From the NCBI GenBank assembly GCA_963723235.1, contig CAVRPV010000017.1:17084-81083 (forward strand): a DNA stretch of 64,000 bases, read 5' to 3'. The position numbers were made by a program, and so were the translations under genes. Under the pieces are notes generated by a model, which was not told the DNA's origin, did no database searches, and saw only the letters and a program-made list of their open reading frames with translations. Positions 58,298-64,000 of this stretch are shown piece by piece (position 1 is the first letter of the stretch; each line of letters opens with the position of its first letter). Source of the stretch: an uncultured delta proteobacterium (GTDB lineage Bacteria; Desulfobacterota; WTBG01; CAIYCZ01; CAIRTM01).

Positions 58298-58963
58298 CTA
58301 CAGTTGCGGCGGTTCGAAAATATCGACACCGCTCGGCGGCGTAAAGGTAAACAGCGAATCGGACAGGCCCTGGTCTACCTTGATATCATCGAACCTCAAC
58401 TCGGTGCGGTTACCGAACGCATCAAGAAGCGACGTTTTGCGAATCATATAACTCGCCGGGTCAAGCCACAAAACAAGCTTGCTGAGCGTCGGGTCAGGCT
58501 CAATCGGCACAAGCTCAAGCATGACCTGATCGCTTGTGTCTTCGGGTGTGCGCTGCACGAAAGTTGCCCTGAATTTAGACAGAACATCCATCCTCCCGCG
58601 AAACAGATCAGCAACGATATGCTGCGGAAGCGTGGTATAATTATTTTTCATGGCCTGCTTCTCAGCCGGCAGATAGAACCACAGGGTTTTGCCGTCCAGA
58701 ACGATAAGCTGTTCCTCCGGCGTTTCATATTTCCAGAGCATCTTGCCGACTTTCTTGAAATAAACACGGCCCTCAGCCCGCTGCACAACCGCGATAGCGC
58801 CCGACCTGGTCTCCTGCTGAAAAGCGGCCTGCATGTCTTTCAGCGATTCATACGCCTGCTCCAGCTTCTTGACTTCCTGCGCAATGTCGCCAGTAGCACC
58901 GACAGCGTTCATCGGCAAAACTGACAGCAGCAGAGCTGCACACGCGGTGATTATCAGCTTCAT
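58298..58963 (-). CDS. lolA: Outer-membrane lipoprotein carrier protein LolA
   Basis: 221 aa with signal peptide 'MKLIITACAALLLSVLPMNAVGA'. LolA-like length and the ftsK-lolA synteny support the call. Confidence 0.78.
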   Translation of the reverse strand: MKLIITACAALLLSVLPMNAVGATGDIAQEVKKLEQAYESLKDMQAAFQQETRSGAIAVVQRAEGRVYFKKVGKMLWKYETPEEQLIVLDGKTLWFYLPAEKQAMKNNYTTLPQHIVADLFRGRMDVLSKFRATFVQRTPEDTSDQVMLELVPIEPDPTLSKLVLWLDPASYMIRKTSLLDAFGNRTELRFDDIKVDQGLSDSLFTFTPPSGVDIFEPPQL

Positions 58964-59036
58964 ATAATTATCTTCCCTGCATACACCCGGCAGACATGAG
59001 CGGGTTCGTGAAAAGTAATCTTTGACGGGCTGTTCA

Positions 59037-59163
59037 AAAATATCCGGATGCAAGGCGCGCGTAACAGTCATGAGGAATGAGGCGTACTTTTGCGTACGCC
59101 GCAGTGACGAATGATGAGCGCAATCCCGCTGTAGCGGGACAGACGGATGTTTTTCAACAGCCC
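59037..59163 (+). repeat. REP/MITE-like element, family R, copy 3
   Basis: Termini are GGGCTGTTCAAAAATATCCGGATGCAAGGCGCG...GATGTTTTTCAACAGCCC, with the core hairpin GGCGTAC-TTTTGC-GTACGCC. It ends 2 nt before the ftsK stop codon. Confidence 0.78.
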
Positions 59164-59164
59164 T

Positions 59165-61468
59165 CTACAATTTGTTAACCAGCACCTCTCTGGGCTTAAC
59201 CCCGTCACTCTGGCCGACAACACCGTCGCGCTCCATGCGCTCAATCATGCGCGCGGCCCGGTTATATCCTATGCGCATGCGACGCTGCAGATTGGATATG
59301 GATGCAGCCCGTGTTTCAGTCACCAGCGCTACCGCCTTGTCATAGAGCTCATCATAGTCATCCTCTTCTTCAACCGCGGATTCGTCTGCACGCGCGGCAA
59401 GAATCGTTTCATCATAGGTGGGCTGCGCCTGTTTCTTAATAAACTCGGTCACCCGGGTTATCTCCTGCTCGGAAATAAACGCACCGTGTATGCGCTGCAG
59501 GCGCGAGGTGCCGGGCGGGAGAAACAGCATGTCACCGTTTCCAAGCAGCTTCTCCGAGCCCATCGTATCAAGGATGGTGCGCGAGTCGACCTTGGATGAA
59601 ACCTTGAATGAAATCCGGCTGGGGAAATTGGCCTTGATCACACCGGTCAGGATATCAACCGAGGGGCGCTGGGTTGCGATCAGCAAATGTATTCCCGAGG
59701 CGCGTGCCATCTGGGCCAGACGGGCGATGAACAGCTCAACATCGCGCGCGGCTATCATCATCAGATCGGCAAGCTCGTCAATCACGACCACGATATAGGG
59801 CATCAAGGCCGGCTGCGGCTCAGATGAGCCGGGTTTCCAGGTCTCGCGTTCATGCTCGATTTTCTTATTGTACTGCACGATGTCACGGGTGCCCTTCTCG
59901 GCCAGCATGCGGTAGCGACGGTCCATTTCCTCAACAGCCCACTGCAGCGCGACCGCGGCTTTTTTTGGATTGACCACGACCGGATGCAGAAGATGCGGTA
60001 TGCCGTCATAGGGAAACAGCTCCAGACGCTTGGGATCGATCATCAGAAAGCGGACCTGATCAGGCGTGGCCTTGAACAGAATACTGCAGATAACCGTATT
60101 CACAAAAACGCTTTTGCCCGATCCGGTCGTTCCTGCCACCAGAAGATGGGGCATACGCGCCAGATCATTGATGACCGTACCGCCGCCGATATCCTTGCCC
60201 AGCCCGAGGGTAAGAAGCGACTTGGACTGCAGGAATTCATCGCGCGCCACGATTTCCCTGAAGGAAACGGTTTTGCGTTTCTTGCTGGGCAGCTCAATAC
60301 CCACGACCGATTTGCCCGGAATGGGTGCAATGCGCACGCTGATGGCCTTCAGGGCCAGGGCCAGATCATCGGCAAGGTTCACAATCTTGTTGAGCTTCAC
60401 CCCGGAGGCAGGCTCAAATTCAAAACGGGTTATCACCGGCCCCGGGCCGATTTCAACCACGCGGCCGCGAACACCGAAATCCGCCAACGTCTGCAAAAGA
60501 ACTTCGGCGTCATCGCGCAGACGCTCACGGTCTACTTCAATGCCGGCATCATCAGCCAAATCAAGCAGGGAAAGCGGGGGCAGCATATAGGTGGCATAGT
60601 TTGCAGCCTTTTTGGGTGCAAAATCTTCCGCGCCATCAGGCGCATTCTTCGCATGCTCTTTTTCAAGGTAAATATGGATCGGGATGTCATCCGGCACGCT
60701 GAAATCTTCGGTTGGCTTATCATCCGATGGCTTATCATCCGGGACAAACACCTGTTCCAAAGTCGCGCTCTCCTGCGGAATGATGCGTGCAGGACGAACC
60801 TGCCGCTCAGATGCGGCTCTGGCAGCACGGCGTTCCCAGATGAGCACCAGCATATCAACACAAGGCTTCAGCACGCGCTCGCGCAACCCGTCAACTATTC
60901 TGCCCGAGAGCACCACAAAGGATACGCGGGTCAAAACCATAATGTTGATCAGGGCCAGCAAAAGGACAAGAAGATATGCGCCGACACGACCGATCGTGCT
61001 GTCCAGTAACCGGGCAAACAGACCCCCGAAAAGCTCTCCGCCTGCATTGAAGCGATAGCGCTGCAGTTCAAGATCGCCGAATGCCAGGCTGAGGAACACC
61101 TCGATGATAATGAACAGCACACAGGCACAGCACACTGCGAAACCAGAACCAGCGGTCAAAACAGGGCCTGAAAAGCAGCTTGATATGCCAGCCACAGCAT
61201 GAATACCGGAACGATAAAAGCGCCAAAACCCAACAGGACTTCAAACAAAAATCCGGCGCAGTAGGAACCGATCAGACCGCCAAGGTTGACAATAAGCTCG
61301 GGACGCTCGCTGTATTGTACGGTAAACGAGGGGTCATTCAGGAGCGTAGCTAAAAAGACAGACACCTACAAAAAAGGCAAGTGCGATCAGAATAATTCCG
61401 GAAAACTCCCTGCCCGGATGCATGCGCGGCACACGCACAGCGCCTTTCTTTTTCCTTGCCTTAGCCAT
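59165..61468 (-). pseudogene. ftsK: DNA translocase FtsK, with the N-terminal membrane domain interrupted by two compensating frameshifts
   Basis: Walker A is 'GTTGSGKSVFVN' and the gamma-domain is 'SISNLQRRMRIGYNRAARMIERME'. The ATG at 61468 ('MAKARKKKG...IILIALAFFVGVCLFSYAP') is in the same frame as the main ORF. 'NDPSFTVQYSERPELIVNLGGLIGSYCAGFLFEVLLGFGAFIVPVFMLWL' (61156-61365) is in another frame. The total of 2304 nt is divisible by 3. Confidence 0.9.
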
Positions 61469-61563
61469 ATAAATCCATAACTCCCGCTACCATGCTGCAC
61501 TACGGCGCATTGTATGCAGATTAAAGATCAGCCTCAAAGGGTCACTGTTCTTTTGACCAGACA

Positions 61564-61911
61564 TCATTGTGCACAGCACTTTTTGTATTTCTTGCCGCTG
61601 CCGCACGGGCAGGCCTCATTACGACCGGGCCGGCTGTCGCTGACGACCGGCCGGGGCGGGTTCAGCAGACGCTCAAGTTCGCTGATATCCTCTGCTGCAT
61701 CCGGGTCGACATCTATGGAACATGCCCAGCCATGTTCGTCGCAAACAGCCCTGATCTCGGCTTCACGTTCAGGACTTGCCACGCTCAGCTGCGCGGGATT
61801 TTTCCCGGTCCCGAGCTTTGCTTCCCTGAGGCCGTCAAAAATTGTGCCCTCATGCTCGCGGCTCACCCGCGGCGCTTTCCGGGGGTTAAATACTCGTTTT
61901 CCCATATACAA
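61564..61911 (-). CDS. SEC-C metal-binding motif protein
   Basis: 115 aa ending '[19 protein letters not shown]'. Confidence 0.8.
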   Translation of the reverse strand: MYMGKRVFNPRKAPRVSREHEGTIFDGLREAKLGTGKNPAQLSVASPEREAEIRAVCDEHGWACSIDVDPDAAEDISELERLLNPPRPVVSDSRPGRNEACPCGSGKKYKKCCAQ

Positions 61912-62169
61912 TCCCTTCGTAACAACTACGCGGCTGCCAGGTGCAGCTAACCTGCAACTTCACTGCCGCTCATCTATTGCAGCTCCTTAGTAATCAAGGT
62001 ATCATAATAGCAGCAGTTTTTTTGTCAAGATTAATCGCCATGCGCAGGGGCCATCACAAGAAAGGCTTTGACTCCGCAGGCCTGATACAGTACAACCGTA
62101 GCGGCTGAAACCAAACCATACAGACCAGAATCCGGGCACTCATCGAATCACACATCATCGACCTTCACC

Positions 62170-62859
62170 ATGAAACTATACCTGCTTTTTGATATTGACG
62201 GCACCTTGATCAACACAGGCGGGGCCGGCCTGCGCGCGATGAAAACCGCGGCAGCTGAATGTCTCGGAGATGAACGCCTGCTTGAGGGCTGCTCGTTTGC
62301 CGGTAAAACCGACCGGAGTATTATTCGGGATCTCATTCGCCGAGCAGATATTCAATCAGACATTGAACAAAAAACCCTCGCGATGTACGCATGCTATATC
62401 AAACTGCTTGGGAAATATCTGGCAGGAGCCGAAAGCTTTTTTGTCTATCCGCATGTTGCGAGTTTACTGCAGCAATTAAACTGTGAACCGGATCTGGAAC
62501 TGGCGCTGCTGACCGGCAACCTCGAACAGGGCGCCCGCCTGAAACTTGAGCACGCTGCCCTGTGGCACTACTTTCGCTGGGGTGTATACGGTGAAGTTTC
62601 TGAGGACCGCAATGATCTTTCCCGCAAGGCGCTGGAGATTATCACTAAAAAGGACGGGCAGATTGATCCGCAAAGGGTGGTTGTTATCGGCGATACTGTA
62701 AGCGACATTCGCTGCGGGCAGGCAATTGGAGCCACCACCATTGCCTATTCAGCCGGATTTGAACCTGCTGAAAAACTGCGCCCCATCAACCCCGATCATC
62801 TCATCGATGATTTCAGGCACATACCCGCCATCATAGCGCAACTGCGCGAGCGCCTTTAG
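62170..62859 (+). CDS. HAD-superfamily hydrolase (phosphoglycolate-phosphatase-like)
   Basis: 'LLFDIDGTLINTGGAG' (DxDGT), 'LLTGN' and 'VIGDTVSDI'. Confidence 0.85.
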   Translation: MKLYLLFDIDGTLINTGGAGLRAMKTAAAECLGDERLLEGCSFAGKTDRSIIRDLIRRADIQSDIEQKTLAMYACYIKLLGKYLAGAESFFVYPHVASLLQQLNCEPDLELALLTGNLEQGARLKLEHAALWHYFRWGVYGEVSEDRNDLSRKALEIITKKDGQIDPQRVVVIGDTVSDIRCGQAIGATTIAYSAGFEPAEKLRPINPDHLIDDFRHIPAIIAQLRERL

Positions 62860-62979
62860 CGCATTTCACAAACAAACATAACCGTTTGTAATGTGCCTGT
62901 TATCTCGACCAACGGGAGAGATCTTGCCGTTTTGGATATAAAATATATAAGAGGAGACGCCCTTAAATAAGTAACTATC

Positions 62980-63146
62980 TTAAACCCCAAGCCTGTACTT
63001 GTTGCGTTTGGCAATTTCCGCGCCTCGCTTTACTGCGTAGCTCACAGCCGAAACCGTCAGAGAAAATAATCCGTGCCAGTTCGGTAAACGGCACTTTCAA
63101 TTCGCGGGCTGCCCAGAAGCACAACTGACTGCGCGCACATTCGCAT
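62980..63146 (-). pseudogene. Fragment of an HTH domain of the kind found at the C-terminus of IS200/RAYT-like transposases (tentative)
   Basis: '...SQLCFWAARELKVPFTELARIIF' is followed, after a frameshift, by 'SLTVSAVSYAVKRGAEIAKRNKYRLGV*'. It has no start codon and abuts the cytochrome c stop. Confidence 0.3.
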
Positions 63147-63608
63147 CTACTTGGTGTGCTTTATCTGCTCAAAAGCCTTTTTGAAATCAAATCCTTTGTA
63201 ATGCGGGCTGTCACTGTTATGGCATCGTATGCAGTTCGCCTCTCCGGTTAACAGCCCACTCTCAATTTTGATCTTCCGCTGAACATCAGGCGGCGCTTTT
63301 CTGTTTTCCTTTTTTTGAAAAAAAGCGCTTGTTAAACAGCCACCAGCACCATGACATGCTTCGCATTGCACATTGGGCACATCAGGGCTGTTATTGGTCG
63401 TATGGCACTTGATGCACCCGGGGTCTTTCTTCTCCGCCGGACTCAGCCTGTCAAATGTTGTCGCGTGCTTTGTCTGCTGCCACATTCCGTATATTTTTTC
63501 ATGACAGTTCGCACACTTTTCAGCGCCCTTGTATTTGCCGGGTTCAGCGCCTGCACAAAGCGGATAAAGGAGAAAGCACAGCGCCAGCAGCATAATTATT
63601 TTTTTCAT
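63147..63608 (-). CDS. Tetraheme c-type cytochrome (cytochrome c554-like family)
   Basis: Signal peptide, then four CxxCH motifs: CANCH, CIKCH, CEACH and CIRCH. Confidence 0.9.
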   Translation of the reverse strand: MKKIIMLLALCFLLYPLCAGAEPGKYKGAEKCANCHEKIYGMWQQTKHATTFDRLSPAEKKDPGCIKCHTTNNSPDVPNVQCEACHGAGGCLTSAFFQKKENRKAPPDVQRKIKIESGLLTGEANCIRCHNSDSPHYKGFDFKKAFEQIKHTK

Positions 63609-63628
63609 CGCTTAGATCCTTACAAATG

Positions 63629-63937
63629 TTATCCAGTCTTCTCAATTGTAACACTTTCAAAATCTTCGTCAAACAGCATTAAGTCCGGGGGCAATCTATA
63701 CCGTTTTTTCAATCCAGGAAACTTATTCCCTTGGGCTTTCCGCTCCGCCATTCTTTCTTTACCAAACTGCAGTTCTTCTTTGAATCTTTTAAGACCCTTG
63801 TTTTCAGGCGCGATCTTTATTGCCTTATTGATATCGGAAATCGCGTCATCGTATAAAAACAACCGTTCCTTTAATTCAGCGCGCTCTTTATAAAACAGGG
63901 CATTTCGGGGATCCTTATCTATCTCTAGTACTAACAT
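63629..63937 (-). CDS. Small TPR-like protein (hypothetical)
   Basis: 102-aa ORF with 'ALFYKERAELKERLFLYDDAISDINKAIKIAPEN', which resembles a TPR unit. It is close to the window edge. Confidence 0.4.
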   Translation of the reverse strand: MLVLEIDKDPRNALFYKERAELKERLFLYDDAISDINKAIKIAPENKGLKRFKEELQFGKERMAERKAQGNKFPGLKKRYRLPPDLMLFDEDFESVTIEKTG

Positions 63938-64000
63938 CCTGAATTTTTCTGTTTAGTGTATATTTCCTGTCATAATTAAGGTTTTTGCCGCCATCGAGGT

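Overview
This is a 64-kb, high-GC chromosomal segment. Gene content and repeat families look like a Desulfobacterota-type anaerobe, but that is inference only. Most of it is conserved housekeeping. Positions 0.5-17.2 kb carry a DEAD-box helicase, phosphohexomutase, tilS, ftsH, folP, pdxJ, nnr, tsaE, cimA, comEA-like, a TPR protein and a cbpA-like J-protein. Positions 27.5-40.6 kb (minus strand) carry nfeD-SPFH and a complete Hyb-type [NiFe] hydrogenase plus hyp maturation cluster behind a consensus sigma70 promoter. Positions 40.6-48.7 kb carry an HD-GYP protein, a LolA-like secreted protein, a GlcD-like oxidase, a degenerate B12-binding-like protein and a DevCAB-like ABC exporter. Positions 48.7-52.3 kb carry two paralogous secreted DUF1566/Kelch proteins with thrombospondin-type-3 repeats. 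Positions 52.8-64 kb carry a tandem-HTH protein, surA-like, mfd, lolA, ftsK, SEC-C, HAD and a tetraheme cytochrome c. The accessory part is a ~9.5-kb AT-rich island (17.6-27.4 kb) bracketed by inverted copies of a ~180-bp miniature element. It holds three toxin-antitoxin modules (one decayed), a NYN protein, a DUF1016 fragment and a co-directional locus that I cannot assign to any named defence system. That locus is a MazG-like pyrophosphohydrolase, then a nuclease-like/P-loop ATPase (DUF2075-type) apparently fused to a LexA-type S24 peptidase, then an EEP nuclease, then a small PD-(D/E)xK-like protein. A caveat applies across the window: about 28 apparent indels, plus one in-frame stop, interrupt otherwise clear genes. 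Most isolated ones are single-base insertions. They are strongly clustered in the island, the hydrogenase operon, the secreted-protein genes and the ftsK N-terminus, so assembly error and real pseudogenisation cannot be separated from sequence alone. No rRNA, tRNA or CRISPR array was found. All similarity statements come from recognising motifs by eye; no database search was run.
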